From the NCBI GenBank assembly GCA_038227875.1, contig JBBRPR010000002.1:240169-304168 (forward strand): DNA of 64,000 nt, given 5' to 3'. The position numbers and the translations under genes were made by a program. Positions 28,184 to 38,011 of the stretch are shown here, piece by piece. Under the pieces are notes generated by a model. That model was not told the origin of the DNA. It made no database searches and saw only the letters and a program-made list of their open reading frames with translations. Origin of the DNA: Planctomycetota bacterium (GTDB taxonomy: Bacteria; Planctomycetota; SZUA-567; H5-PLA8). Every line of letters starts with the position of its first letter. The stretch's first letter is position 1.

Positions 28184-28334
28184 TCTGTCCGCTAAAAGTA
28201 GTCGCGGTAACAGTAACAGCTCGGCTGCCGAGTCTGTCCGTTACCGACAAATTTTCGCCGGACTGAGATTGCTTACACGGGGCTTGAACTCAGGGAGAAC
28301 CCGACCGACCACCGACTACATTTAGCCGGACAGA
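28184..28334. repeat. Cluster of three copies of a ~27-bp motif (GTTACCGAC..TTTTAGCCGGACAGA), outer copies inverted
   Basis: 28184-28211 (reverse), 28240-28266, 28311-28334; fourth copy at 62266-62293. Confidence 0.65.
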
Positions 28335-28400
28335 AATTGCAGCGACGAAGAGATTGCGCACCCATTGTACTATTCGGAACTCGAGCTATTATATACACGC

Positions 28401-29321
28401 ATGTACAAAAACTTCTTCGTCGACCCGAAAGCGACCTGTGTCGAGCGCATTCCCGCCACGTTTCCGGGGTTTCCCAAGGCGCTGAAGCTCAATGCGCTGG
28501 AGAATTACTGGTCGGCGTTACAGATGACGCCGGTCAGTTCGGTCGAATGGCGCTGCACGCCGGCGTGGACGGTCGGTCCCCGAGTCGTTCCGGATTCGAT
28601 GTTTTTCCACATTCACAGCGGGCGGGGGAGGGGCTTCGTCGAGGACCAGCACTTTGAACTGCGGCCCGGCGATTTCATGCTGATTCCAAAGGGTTGTTCT
28701 CATGGAGCAGTGCAGGAGAAAGGGCACCCATTTCATCTCACGGCGACGCACTTTCACGCGCACGTTTTCGGTGGCGCGAATCTCCTGGATCTGCTCGGCT
28801 TTCCCGTGCACATCCGCACGCATCCGCAGCGCGACGCGGAGATCGTCCGGTTGGTGCGGGAGAATGATCGCGAGTACGGTGCGAAGGCCCCGGGCTACCG
28901 CCAATCCGTCGCGGCGAACCTGACGCGCATCCTGCTTTATATTGTCAGGAATCATGGCGAGCACTTCAAGCCGCCGTACGCGTCGGACCGCAGCCAGGAA
29001 TTGCGCCGGCTGCTCCCGGCGTTCGATTGTCTGGAACGAAACTTGACCGACGGCCTGATCGCCATCGGCGACCTGGCGAAGACGATTCACGTCAGCGAAG
29101 TGCAGTTCCGCAAGCTCTTCCGCCGGGTCACCGGCGTCAGCCCGGCGCGTTACATCCAATCGCGGCGCATCGAACGCGCCTGCCGCATGCTGCGCGAATC
29201 GAATGCGTCGGTGGAGGAAGCGGCCGTCGCGTCTGGATTTTCGGACAGCGCGTTTTTCTGCCGCGTTTTCAAGACGTGGACCAAGACGACGCCCACGGAA
29301 TACCGCAAGAGCGCCGTCTAA
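28401..29321 (+). CDS. AraC-family regulator with N-terminal cupin domain
   Basis: Cupin 'LRPGDFMLIPKGCSH'; HTH 'FRKLF..TGVSP..YI..RI..A..L', 'GFSD..FFCRVFK..TP.EYRK'. Confidence 0.9.
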   Translation: MYKNFFVDPKATCVERIPATFPGFPKALKLNALENYWSALQMTPVSSVEWRCTPAWTVGPRVVPDSMFFHIHSGRGRGFVEDQHFELRPGDFMLIPKGCSHGAVQEKGHPFHLTATHFHAHVFGGANLLDLLGFPVHIRTHPQRDAEIVRLVRENDREYGAKAPGYRQSVAANLTRILLYIVRNHGEHFKPPYASDRSQELRRLLPAFDCLERNLTDGLIAIGDLAKTIHVSEVQFRKLFRRVTGVSPARYIQSRRIERACRMLRESNASVEEAAVASGFSDSAFFCRVFKTWTKTTPTEYRKSAV

Positions 29322-29325
29322 TTAG

Positions 29326-31248
29326 CTACGCGTCCACCGGCTGCTGTAACTGCGCTAGAACCTTACGCGCAAAATTTCGGACCAGCGCGCGCGGATCGTC
29401 GGCGTGGCGTTGCGCACAGGCGAGGGCTTCGGCGTCGGCGCCCCACTTGGCGAGCACCGGCGCGGCGGCGAGATCGATCTCGAAGCGCCGGTCGTCGGAG
29501 ATCGGCGCGCCGTAGGCGCCCATGCTGTTTTGCAGGACCAGCTTCGTGTCGACCTTCAGCGCGATGGCGGCGCGCACGGCTTCGAGCGCTTCTTCCTTCG
29601 TGGCGACGCGACCCAGCGCGTGAATCGCGGTGACGATCTTGCGATGCGTCGGCGCACCGTCAGTCAGCAGGCCCAGGGTCAGATCAATCGACTTCGTTTC
29701 GCGGAGGCCGAGGAAGTCGAGCAGGTAGAACGCGCCGAGGTAGCGTTCCAGTTCGCGGTTGTGGACCGCTTTGTCTGCTCGGCGGCTGAGCACCACGGCT
29801 TTCAGCACGTCCACGCCATCGGTGATTTTCTGCAGTGCGAGCACGGAGGCAGCCATCAGGCGCTGGTCGTCGACGCCGTCACGGACCGCGGCTTTGAGTT
29901 CTGCTTGAGCCGCGGCGCCGCGCTGAACAAGTTCGCAAATCGCATGCGATTCACGCGGCGAACCGAAGAGCTTCAGCAGTCCGGCGACGTCGGTCTTCTT
30001 CAGTTCGTCGTTGGGCGGAAGGATGCTGCCCAGTCCGGTTCCCGAGAGGACTTCTTCCGGCAGCGCGTTGCGTTCGACCAGGCGCTTCTGCACGGCGGAG
30101 ACGTTGACCTTGCGCACGGTGGTCTTCGATGCGATCGCGACTTTCGCGGCGACGGCCGCGGATTCGCCGAGCGCCTGGATATCGCGCTGCATGCGGAAAA
30201 GCTGATGCGCATCATGCGTCATGCCGACGGCGCGGCAGGCGACAAGGAGATTGTCGACGACCTTCGGCACCTGGCAGCGGTACGGCACGTCGTGGCTCAT
30301 TTGCTGATGCCACGCGTTGAAGCCGCCGATCCACAGTTGCGCGTCGCGGGATTCGTTCTCGTAGTCGAAAGCATGGTTGTCGTAGTGCGCTTTGGCGCGC
30401 GTGACGACATCGGGAAAACGGCGCGCCTGCTGCTGGTCTTCGAGCGTGACCACGTATTCGGCGTCGATAAAGCGGCTCTCGCGCAGACCCAGGATCGGCG
30501 AGACGTAGATCATGCGCGACGCGGCGTCGTAGCTGTTGCGCGCCAGGTGCGAGCGGCCGAGAACCTGCGCGCGGGACTGGTCGAGCGCGTTGGTCGGGTC
30601 GACGTAACCGGCGTCGAAATTCCGGAAGGAGACCGATTCGTTGTTCTGCACCAGGCCCGGCGCGAGGCTGTAGGGCTGCGGGGCGTGGTCGCCTTCACGG
30701 CCGAAGTTGAACGGCGCGCCCGCGGCGGCGGCGACATCGGCGTCGCCGGTGCAGTCGATAACGACGCGCGCTTCGAGCCAGAAGATGCCGTGATCGTTTT
30801 CGGCGACGATGCCCTTCAACGCATTACCGTCAAGCACCGCTCCGACGAAAAAGCTGCGGTAGAAACACTGCACGCCGGCTTCGTCGGCCAATTCCTGGAG
30901 CGCGAGTTTCTTGGATTCGGGATGGAAGCCGCTGGCCTTACCGCCGATGCGCGCGGTCCATGCGGCGGTGCGCTGGTCGATCTCGTGCTGAATGCCGGTC
31001 TGGATGCCGTGGTAGTACATGTGGATGCCGCCGCCGGTGCCGATGCCGCCGAGAAAGCTCTGCGGTTCGACCACCGCTGTCTTGAGGCCTTCCTGCCCCG
31101 CGACAATCGCGGCGGGCGCGCCGCCGGTGCCGCCGCCGACCACGACGACGTCGAACGTGCCGAGCTTCGGAATCAGCGCGACGTCCAGTGTGGCAAGTCC
31201 GCGCGCGTCGCTCGTGGGAAGTTGGTTGGTGCGTACGGTCAAATTCAT
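29326..31248 (-). CDS. FAD-dependent oxidoreductase (FAD_oxidored family) with C-terminal helical repeats
   Basis: 'DVVVVGGGTGG', 'LGGIGTGG', 'IDCTGDADV', 'RESR', 'VPYRCQVP..DNLLVACR'. Confidence 0.85.
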   Translation of the reverse strand: MNLTVRTNQLPTSDARGLATLDVALIPKLGTFDVVVVGGGTGGAPAAIVAGQEGLKTAVVEPQSFLGGIGTGGGIHMYYHGIQTGIQHEIDQRTAAWTARIGGKASGFHPESKKLALQELADEAGVQCFYRSFFVGAVLDGNALKGIVAENDHGIFWLEARVVIDCTGDADVAAAAGAPFNFGREGDHAPQPYSLAPGLVQNNESVSFRNFDAGYVDPTNALDQSRAQVLGRSHLARNSYDAASRMIYVSPILGLRESRFIDAEYVVTLEDQQQARRFPDVVTRAKAHYDNHAFDYENESRDAQLWIGGFNAWHQQMSHDVPYRCQVPKVVDNLLVACRAVGMTHDAHQLFRMQRDIQALGESAAVAAKVAIASKTTVRKVNVSAVQKRLVERNALPEEVLSGTGLGSILPPNDELKKTDVAGLLKLFGSPRESHAICELVQRGAAAQAELKAAVRDGVDDQRLMAASVLALQKITDGVDVLKAVVLSRRADKAVHNRELERYLGAFYLLDFLGLRETKSIDLTLGLLTDGAPTHRKIVTAIHALGRVATKEEALEAVRAAIALKVDTKLVLQNSMGAYGAPISDDRRFEIDLAAAPVLAKWGADAEALACAQRHADDPRALVRNFARKVLAQLQQPVDA

Positions 31249-31278
31249 CGCAAGATCCTCAATTCGAATCCAAGGAGT

Positions 31279-31304
31279 ACCCCAGGGTAAATTTACCCTA
31301 GGGT
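31279..31304. repeat. AAATTT-centred palindrome, copy 3
   Basis: ACCCCAGGGTAAATTTACCCTAGGGT, perfect 16-bp core. Confidence 0.7.
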
Positions 31305-31313
31305 CGGGTTGTC

Positions 31314-32231
31314 TCAGGCGTTGACGCGCAATTCCGCGATCGCGCGCGTGGCAGCTTGCGCGCCGAGCGCAACGCGCTCCTGCAACGAGGGCTTTTTGCC
31401 CAGTACGCGCGGTCCGGCGACGAACACGTTTTCGGCGAGCTTCGAAAGGTCGAGCTTTTCCGGGTTGAGCACGAACGACTCGTGCGCGCTGAGCGCCAGC
31501 GATGCTTTTTCGAAGCCGGGAACCTTGCGCAGCGCCTCGATGGTGCGGGCGAGCGCGAAGCGCACCGTGGATTCGGCGGCGAGCGCGCTGGACGTGTTGA
31601 CGCTGACGCGGACGTGAGCTTCGTGCGGCCAGAGCGTTGGGCGCACTTCTGCTTTCGCGACGCCGTCGACATTCACGGTCGTCAGCGCGGTTGGCGTTTC
31701 CACGGCGCAGAGCAGGCAGGCGCGTTCGGTGCTGGTCGCAGTTGAGGTGTTCGATGCGCCGCCCACAAGCCGCGACGTCTCCGTCGCATCAATGAAGACG
31801 CGCGCCTGGACGGCGAGCGGGCCGGACTTGGTGGTGAGGCGCGCGAAGCCTTTCGCGGCATCGATGGCACCGGCGAAGGCGCGAAAATGCACGCGGACTT
31901 TTGCTTCCTGCATCATTTTGTCGAGCAGGCATTCCAAGGCGACGGGATCGAAGATGCCATCGCGCGTGGCGTTCAGTGCGCTGAGGCGTTCGAGCATACG
32001 TTCCAACGCGCGCGGGATTTCGGCGCCACGTTCGAGGAACAGCTCCAAGCCGTGGGAAACTTCCCAGCCGAGCGCGCCGCGTTCTTCGATCAGGATGGTG
32101 TCTAGACCCGCGTCGGAGGCCGTCAGCGCCGCGGCAACGCCGGCGAGGCCACCACCGATGACGCACAGTTCGGCTTTGTCGAGAAGGGAAAGTTGGGACG
32201 TCAGGGAGACGGAATCAGCCACGTCGAACAC
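31314..32231 (-). CDS. Short, divergent FAD-dependent oxidoreductase-like protein
   Basis: 'VIGGGLAGVAAA', 'IEERGALG', 'FIDAT', 'ENVFVAG'; GTG start with AGGAG. Confidence 0.75.
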   Translation of the reverse strand: MFDVADSVSLTSQLSLLDKAELCVIGGGLAGVAAALTASDAGLDTILIEERGALGWEVSHGLELFLERGAEIPRALERMLERLSALNATRDGIFDPVALECLLDKMMQEAKVRVHFRAFAGAIDAAKGFARLTTKSGPLAVQARVFIDATETSRLVGGASNTSTATSTERACLLCAVETPTALTTVNVDGVAKAEVRPTLWPHEAHVRVSVNTSSALAAESTVRFALARTIEALRKVPGFEKASLALSAHESFVLNPEKLDLSKLAENVFVAGPRVLGKKPSLQERVALGAQAATRAIAELRVNA

Positions 32232-32414
32232 CTCCTATAAGGGAGCGCTTGCGCGCGGATCATTCGTACAAGAGGCTTTATACGGCGAATTCCGCTGGGA
32301 ACGTCTGCGTTATCGGTTGAAAACATGGCGATTTCAGCTAATGTGAATAGCGCGTCACAGTGAGACGTCAGTCCCACGTGGACATTTCGAGGCGGAACGG
32401 GTAACGTACGAGCC

Positions 32415-32783
32415 ATGAAGACGGCGGGCATCACACGCATGAAGGTCGGCGCACCGGTCGCGGTTCTTTTCGCGACGGTGGTCAATGCCGCGTCGGCGTG
32501 CGATCCGGCCGCGATGGCGTCGCTGCCGAAAAATCCCGGCGCTCCCGATCTGTCGTGGGCTCTGCAGTGCGGCGCAACCAGCGCCCACAGCACGCGCACG
32601 CTGATCGCCAAGCGCGCGGCTTCCCAGATTCAGTCGATGGACCGGTACTTCGGCGCCGAGCCGGGATACCTGCTCCAGAACAGTGCTCCGATTCAGCGGG
32701 TGGAAGAGACGCGCGTCGTCAGCGTGGTTCTGCCGCCCAATCAACTCCACACCGAATCCACCCACCAGCACGCCGCTCCGTAG
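32415..32783 (+). CDS. secA leader ORF with signal-peptide-like N-terminus; candidate SecM-like arrest peptide ending HAAP-stop
   Basis: Basic then hydrophobic N-terminus ending ASA; co-directional, 135 nt upstream of secA start. Confidence 0.6.
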   Translation: MKTAGITRMKVGAPVAVLFATVVNAASACDPAAMASLPKNPGAPDLSWALQCGATSAHSTRTLIAKRAASQIQSMDRYFGAEPGYLLQNSAPIQRVEETRVVSVVLPPNQLHTESTHQHAAP

Positions 32784-32918
32784 TGCCGCTCCGGTAATTC
32801 CTTTTTGATGTTCGTACCGCATCGCGCGTGAGCGCGACGGTGTGAGCGTTGAATCGAATTGCCAACCCGTTTCCATTCAAACCACTACGAGCCGAGCGCA
32901 GAGCGGCAGGAGTTTAAC

Positions 32919-35900
32919 ATGATTGACACAGTCACCGAAATTGTTGGCAATGCCATTGGCACGATTTTCCCCTCGCGGTCCGCGAGCGTTTTGAAAAAGC
33001 TGCTTCCCCGCGTGGAACAGATCAACGCGATGGAGCCGAAGACCGCAAAGCTGACCGACGCGGAGCTGAAAGGCCGGACCGAGCATTTCCGCAAGGAGAT
33101 CGCCGAGATCCGCGCCAAGAATCCCGATGCGGACAAGAACGGGATGATTGAACGTTATCTCGATTCGATCGTGCCCGAAGCCTTCGCGCTGGTCCGCGAA
33201 GCGGGCAAGCGCGCGCTGGGCATGCGGCACTTCGATGTGCAGATGATCGGCGGCATGGTGCTTCACGGCCTGGCCTCTCCGATCAAGGAAAAGCAGAACC
33301 GCGGCATGATCTCCGAGATGGTGACCGGTGAAGGCAAGACGCTGGTTGCGTCGCTCCCCAGTTACCTCAATGCATTGCCGCGCCGCGAACACGAATACGC
33401 CTATGTTCACGTCGTCACTGTCAATGATTATCTGGCCAAACGTGACGCGGAGTGGAATCGGCCGCTGTTCGAATTGCTGGGTATGACCGTCGGCGCCATT
33501 CAGGGTTCGATGGATTCAGCGGACCGGCACCCGGCCTATGGCAGCGACATTGTTTACGGTACGAACGCCGAATTCGGCTTCGATTACCTCCGCGACAACA
33601 TGAAGATGGACGCGGAAAAGCAGGTGCAGCAGATGCGGCACTTCGCGATCGTCGACGAAGTCGATTCGATCCTGATCGACGAAGCGCGCACGCCGCTGAT
33701 CATCTCCGGCGGCGCCGAAGAGGAGATCACCGAGCGCTACCTCACCGCCGCGAAGCTGGCCGAACATTTGAAGCCCACGCCGCTGTCGGAAATCGAACGC
33801 ATCGAGGACCTGCGCCTGCAGGGCGTCTTCGAAGAACCGCAGTCGGGCCACTATGTCGTCGACGAGAAGGACCACACGGTGACGCTGACGGCCGAGGGTA
33901 TCCGCGAAGCCGAGCGCGTGCTGCAGATCGACAATTTTTACTCCGGCAAGCACATGGACTGGCCGCATTACATTTCCAACGCGCTCTCGGCCAAGGAACT
34001 CTATAAGAAGGAAGTGAAGTACGTCGTCCAGCAGAGCCGCAAGAACAAGATGGAAGTGCTGATCGTCGATGAATTCACCGGCCGCATCATGGACGGCCGG
34101 CGCTGGGCCGACGGCTTGCATCAGGCCGTTGAAGCGAAGGAAGTGCTGGCCGGCGAAAAGATCGAGATGGAAGCCGAGACGCACACGCTGGCGACGATCA
34201 CGATTCAGAATTTCTTCAAGCTTTACAAGAAACTCGCCGGCATGACCGGAACGGCCGTCACCGAGTCGCGCGAGTTCGGGCAGATTTACAAGCTGGAAGT
34301 CGTCAGCATCCCCACCAATCGCCCGATGCGCCGCATCAACTACCCGGACGTGATCTACGGTTCGGAAAAAGAGAAGTGGGAAGCGATCTGCCTGGAGATC
34401 GAAGACGTCAACGCCACGGGGCGTCCGATCCTGGTCGGTACGACCTCGGTCGAAAAGTCGGAACTGCTGGCGGGCATGCTGGAACGCCGCGGCTACCGCG
34501 GACGCTTTGAAATTCTGAATGCCAAGCAGCACGCGCGCGAAGCCGTGATCGTGGCCAAAGCCGGACACCTCGGCGCGATCACCGTCGCGACCAACATGGC
34601 CGGCCGCGGCACCGACATTCTGTTGGCGAATTTCACTTTCGCCGACATGGTCGCGCACTGGCAGAAGATTGGCCTGGCACCCAAGCAGTTCGACATCAAC
34701 CGACCGCGCGAACAGCTGGAAGAACACCTGGTCGGTTTCTGGCTGAAGCATTTCAACGAGCAGTTGTTCAAGGACACGCCGCAGGAAAAGCGCCGCGAAG
34801 TGCTCGATAAGTGGTGCCGCGAAAACGGGCGCAACCCGCTCAAGCTTGCCGAGAGCGTCAAGGAACTCGGCGGCCTCCACATCATCGGCAGCGAACGTCA
34901 CGAAGCGCGGCGCATCGACAATCAGTTGCGCGGCCGTTCGGGACGCCAGGGCGATCCGGGCAGCTCGCGCTTCTTCCTTTCGCTCGACGACGACCTGATG
35001 CGCATCTTCGCGAAGGATTGGGTGCGCGGATTCCTTGTCGCCAGCGGCATGAAGGACGGCGTGCCTCTGGAATCGCGCATGGTCAGCCGCTCGATTGAAA
35101 AAGCGCAGCGCCGCGTCGAGGAACATCACTTCGGGACGCGCAAACGGCTGCTGGAATACGACGAAGTCAACAACGAGCAGCGTAAGCTGGTCTACAGCCT
35201 GCGCCAGAAGGTGCTCGAATCGCGCGAACTGAAAGAGACCATGATCGACTGGGTCGAAGATGTGATCGCGATGGCGATGGAACGCGAAATCGGTATCCAG
35301 GATCCGCCGCCGCCCAGCGCGCTGGTGAGCCTCGCCACGTGGGCGAAGCGCAAGTTCGGCATCGAGATCACGCCGCAGGAACTCGGCGACAAGTCGCCCG
35401 ATGAAGTCGAGAAGCACCTGATGGACCGCATCCGCACGCTTTACAACGAGCGCGACGTACAGCTTGGCGAAGTCGAAACGTTCAAGGACAAGACGCTGCA
35501 TTACACCGAAGCCGAACGCAATCTCCCGCCCGAACAGCTGGTGGAAGTCTGCAAGAAGAAGATGGCCGAGGCGATCGGCCTCGACGATCCGTCCAAGGTG
35601 GAATTTGACGCCGCGCGGGTGGCCGAGGGTTACGTGCCGGGATACGTGCGCATTCCGCAGAAGGACCGCAAGATGCGCCTGCTGGAACGCTTCCTGTTCC
35701 TCGACATCATCGACACGAAGTGGAAGGACCACCTGCGCAACATGGACAGTCTGCGCGAAGGCATTTACCTCCGCGGCTACGCGCAGCGCGATCCGAAGCT
35801 CGAATTCAAGCGCGAAGGCTTCAAACTCTTCGAAGACATGTTCGCCTCAATGAAGGAACAGGCGACGGACATGATTTTGAAGATGCAGGTCAGCGAGGAA

Positions 35901-36248
35901 GTCGAGAAACAGGAAGTCGCGTCGGTCTGGAACGAAGAGCAAGCGCAGACGATCCATCAGGAAGCCAGCAGCGCGTTCTCCGGAGCGCCCGCGGAAGCGG
36001 CGGCTCCGGCCGGCGGCGGCTCGGCCGAGATGGAAGCGCAAAGCGAACACGGCGGCGAGAAGCTCAAGCCCGTCGAAACGATCCGCAAAACCACGCGCGT
36101 GGCCGGCCCGAACGACCCGTGCCCGTGCGGCTCAGGCAAGAAGTATAAGAAATGCCACGGCCGCACCGGCGGAGACATCGACGACCTGATCGCCGATCGC
36201 GGTCAGAGCAAGAAGGAACACAAGGGCGAGGTACGTCTCGGCGGCTGA
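32919..36248 (+). CDS. secA: Preprotein translocase ATPase SecA
   Basis: 'EMVTGEGKT', '[13 protein letters not shown]', '[19 protein letters not shown]', '[11 protein letters not shown]', '[18 protein letters not shown]', SEC-C '[13 protein letters not shown]'; AGGAG before ATG 32919. Confidence 0.98.
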   Translation: MIDTVTEIVGNAIGTIFPSRSASVLKKLLPRVEQINAMEPKTAKLTDAELKGRTEHFRKEIAEIRAKNPDADKNGMIERYLDSIVPEAFALVREAGKRALGMRHFDVQMIGGMVLHGLASPIKEKQNRGMISEMVTGEGKTLVASLPSYLNALPRREHEYAYVHVVTVNDYLAKRDAEWNRPLFELLGMTVGAIQGSMDSADRHPAYGSDIVYGTNAEFGFDYLRDNMKMDAEKQVQQMRHFAIVDEVDSILIDEARTPLIISGGAEEEITERYLTAAKLAEHLKPTPLSEIERIEDLRLQGVFEEPQSGHYVVDEKDHTVTLTAEGIREAERVLQIDNFYSGKHMDWPHYISNALSAKELYKKEVKYVVQQSRKNKMEVLIVDEFTGRIMDGRRWADGLHQAVEAKEVLAGEKIEMEAETHTLATITIQNFFKLYKKLAGMTGTAVTESREFGQIYKLEVVSIPTNRPMRRINYPDVIYGSEKEKWEAICLEIEDVNATGRPILVGTTSVEKSELLAGMLERRGYRGRFEILNAKQHAREAVIVAKAGHLGAITVATNMAGRGTDILLANFTFADMVAHWQKIGLAPKQFDINRPREQLEEHLVGFWLKHFNEQLFKDTPQEKRREVLDKWCRENGRNPLKLAESVKELGGLHIIGSERHEARRIDNQLRGRSGRQGDPGSSRFFLSLDDDLMRIFAKDWVRGFLVASGMKDGVPLESRMVSRSIEKAQRRVEEHHFGTRKRLLEYDEVNNEQRKLVYSLRQKVLESRELKETMIDWVEDVIAMAMEREIGIQDPPPPSALVSLATWAKRKFGIEITPQELGDKSPDEVEKHLMDRIRTLYNERDVQLGEVETFKDKTLHYTEAERNLPPEQLVEVCKKKMAEAIGLDDPSKVEFDAARVAEGYVPGYVRIPQKDRKMRLLERFLFLDIIDTKWKDHLRNMDSLREGIYLRGYAQRDPKLEFKREGFKLFEDMFASMKEQATDMILKMQVSEEVEKQEVASVWNEEQAQTIHQEASSAFSGAPAEAAAPAGGGSAEMEAQSEHGGEKLKPVETIRKTTRVAGPNDPCPCGSGKKYKKCHGRTGGDIDDLIADRGQSKKEHKGEVRLGG

Positions 36249-36277
36249 GGCGGCGCTTGGCGCAGGACTGAGGACTG

Positions 36278-36313
36278 AAAAAAAACTCGCCGCATTTAGC
36301 GGCGAGTTTTTTT
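36278..36313. terminator. Bidirectional intrinsic terminator
   Basis: A8-CTCGCCGC-loop-GCGGCGAG-T7 between convergent secA and peptidase. Confidence 0.88.
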
Positions 36314-36334
36314 ATTCGACATTCGACATTCGCA

Positions 36335-38011
36335 TCACTTCACTGGCATGCCGAGAATACTTTCCGTCTCCAGATCCTTGCCGTTTGAATTCACGATCCG
36401 TCCGACCGTGCGGTTTTTCTTCAGGAAGTACTTTTGCGCCACGGCGGTCACCTGCTCGGGCGTCACGGCGCTGATCTGCTGGATCTCCTTGAACAGATCG
36501 TGCCAGTCGCCGGTGATCGCCTGATAGTCGGCCAGCTCCTGCGCCAGGCCCATGTTCGAGCGCAGCTTGCGGAGCACGTCGGCGCGGTAGCGCGTCACCA
36601 CACGCTGCAGCTCTTCGTTGCTGGGCGTTTCGGTTTTCAGCTTCTCGATTTCCGCCAGCAATACCGTTTCCAGTTCGTCGGCGCTCTGACCTTCGGACGG
36701 CTCGCCGTTGAAGAAGAAGAGGCGCGGGTAGCGCGCACCCGGTCCCATCCATGAGCCGATGTTGTTGGCCTTGCGCGCTTTCACCAGATGCGTGTACATC
36801 CGCGAGGCATGTCCGCTGGTGGCGATTTCGTCGAGCACCGTCAGCGCGGCGTTGTCGGGATGGTTGCGCTCGGGAATGTGGTAGCCGATCATCAGCGCCG
36901 GTTGCGCGGGGAATTCGACTTCAACACGGCGTTCGCCGTCCTGGGCCGGTTCGACGGTGACGAGCTTCTCCGGATCGGGCGCGGCGGGAATGCGGCCGAA
37001 ATATTGCGTCAGCAGAGCCTTCGTGGCCGCGACATCGATGTCCCCGACCACCACCACAATCGTATTGCTGGGCACGTAATGTTCGCGGTAGAAGCGCCGC
37101 ACTTTTTCGCGGCTGTATTCGAGAATGTCGCTGCGCGCGCCGATCACCGCGGTACCGTACGGATGAGCCTGGTAGGCGGCGCCGAGGAATACTTCGTAAA
37201 GTTTGCCGAACGGGCTGGAATCGGTGCGCATGCGGCGCTCTTCCAGCACTACTTGCTTCTCTTTTTCGAGCTGGCGCGGGAAGGTGTTCATGTAGCGGTC
37301 GGATTCCAGCGCCGCCCACAGTTCCAGCTTGTTGGCCGGCAGCGAAACATGGTAGTCGGTGCAGTCGTCGCTCGTGAACGCGTTCAGGCCCGAACCGCCG
37401 TTGCGGCCGATGATGTCCGAATACTGATTCTGCTCGACGTACTGCTCCGCGTTTTTCACCTTCTCGGCAAAAGTCTTCACCAGATCGCCGAGCTGCGCCT
37501 TGTCCTCGTCCTTAAGCTTCACGCCGTCCTTGGCCCACTTCGCCGCCAGCGCGTCGACGCTCTTGGCGTACGCGTCGGGATTGCCGCCGGTGCTGGTGAC
37601 CTGCGCGAGCAGCGAAAGAAATCCATCGCGCATGTCGGCGGGGAGCTTCTGTTCGAAGTTCTGAATCTTTTCGTAGAGTTTGTCGATCTCCGCGACGGCT
37701 GTCTGTTCCAGCGCGAAGTTCTTCGTGCCGACGTACGGCGTTCCTTTAAAGGCGAGGTGTTCGAGCTGGTGCGCGATGCCGGTGATGCCGACGTGCTCGT
37801 CGACGGAGCCGGTCTTTACATACGTGACGCAGGAGATCACCGGCGCCGCGCCGCGCGAATACAGGATGATCGTCAGGCCGTTGTCGAGCTTGAAGGACGT
37901 GATCTTGTTCTGAATGTCCGCGAATTCTTCCTCGGCAGCGGTGCAGCAGGAGAACGAGTGCGTGGCAAGCGCCAGAACGATCGCCGCGAGTGCCCGAAAA
38001 TTCCGCATCAC
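36335..38011 (-). CDS. Secreted M16 (pitrilysin-family) zinc peptidase
   Basis: Inverted zinc motif 'AHQLEHLAFKG', 'LNAFTS', 'VVLEERRMR', 'HPYG'; signal peptide. Confidence 0.9.
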   Translation of the reverse strand: MMRNFRALAAIVLALATHSFSCCTAAEEEFADIQNKITSFKLDNGLTIILYSRGAAPVISCVTYVKTGSVDEHVGITGIAHQLEHLAFKGTPYVGTKNFALEQTAVAEIDKLYEKIQNFEQKLPADMRDGFLSLLAQVTSTGGNPDAYAKSVDALAAKWAKDGVKLKDEDKAQLGDLVKTFAEKVKNAEQYVEQNQYSDIIGRNGGSGLNAFTSDDCTDYHVSLPANKLELWAALESDRYMNTFPRQLEKEKQVVLEERRMRTDSSPFGKLYEVFLGAAYQAHPYGTAVIGARSDILEYSREKVRRFYREHYVPSNTIVVVVGDIDVAATKALLTQYFGRIPAAPDPEKLVTVEPAQDGERRVEVEFPAQPALMIGYHIPERNHPDNAALTVLDEIATSGHASRMYTHLVKARKANNIGSWMGPGARYPRLFFFNGEPSEGQSADELETVLLAEIEKLKTETPSNEELQRVVTRYRADVLRKLRSNMGLAQELADYQAITGDWHDLFKEIQQISAVTPEQVTAVAQKYFLKKNRTVGRIVNSNGKDLETESILGMPVK

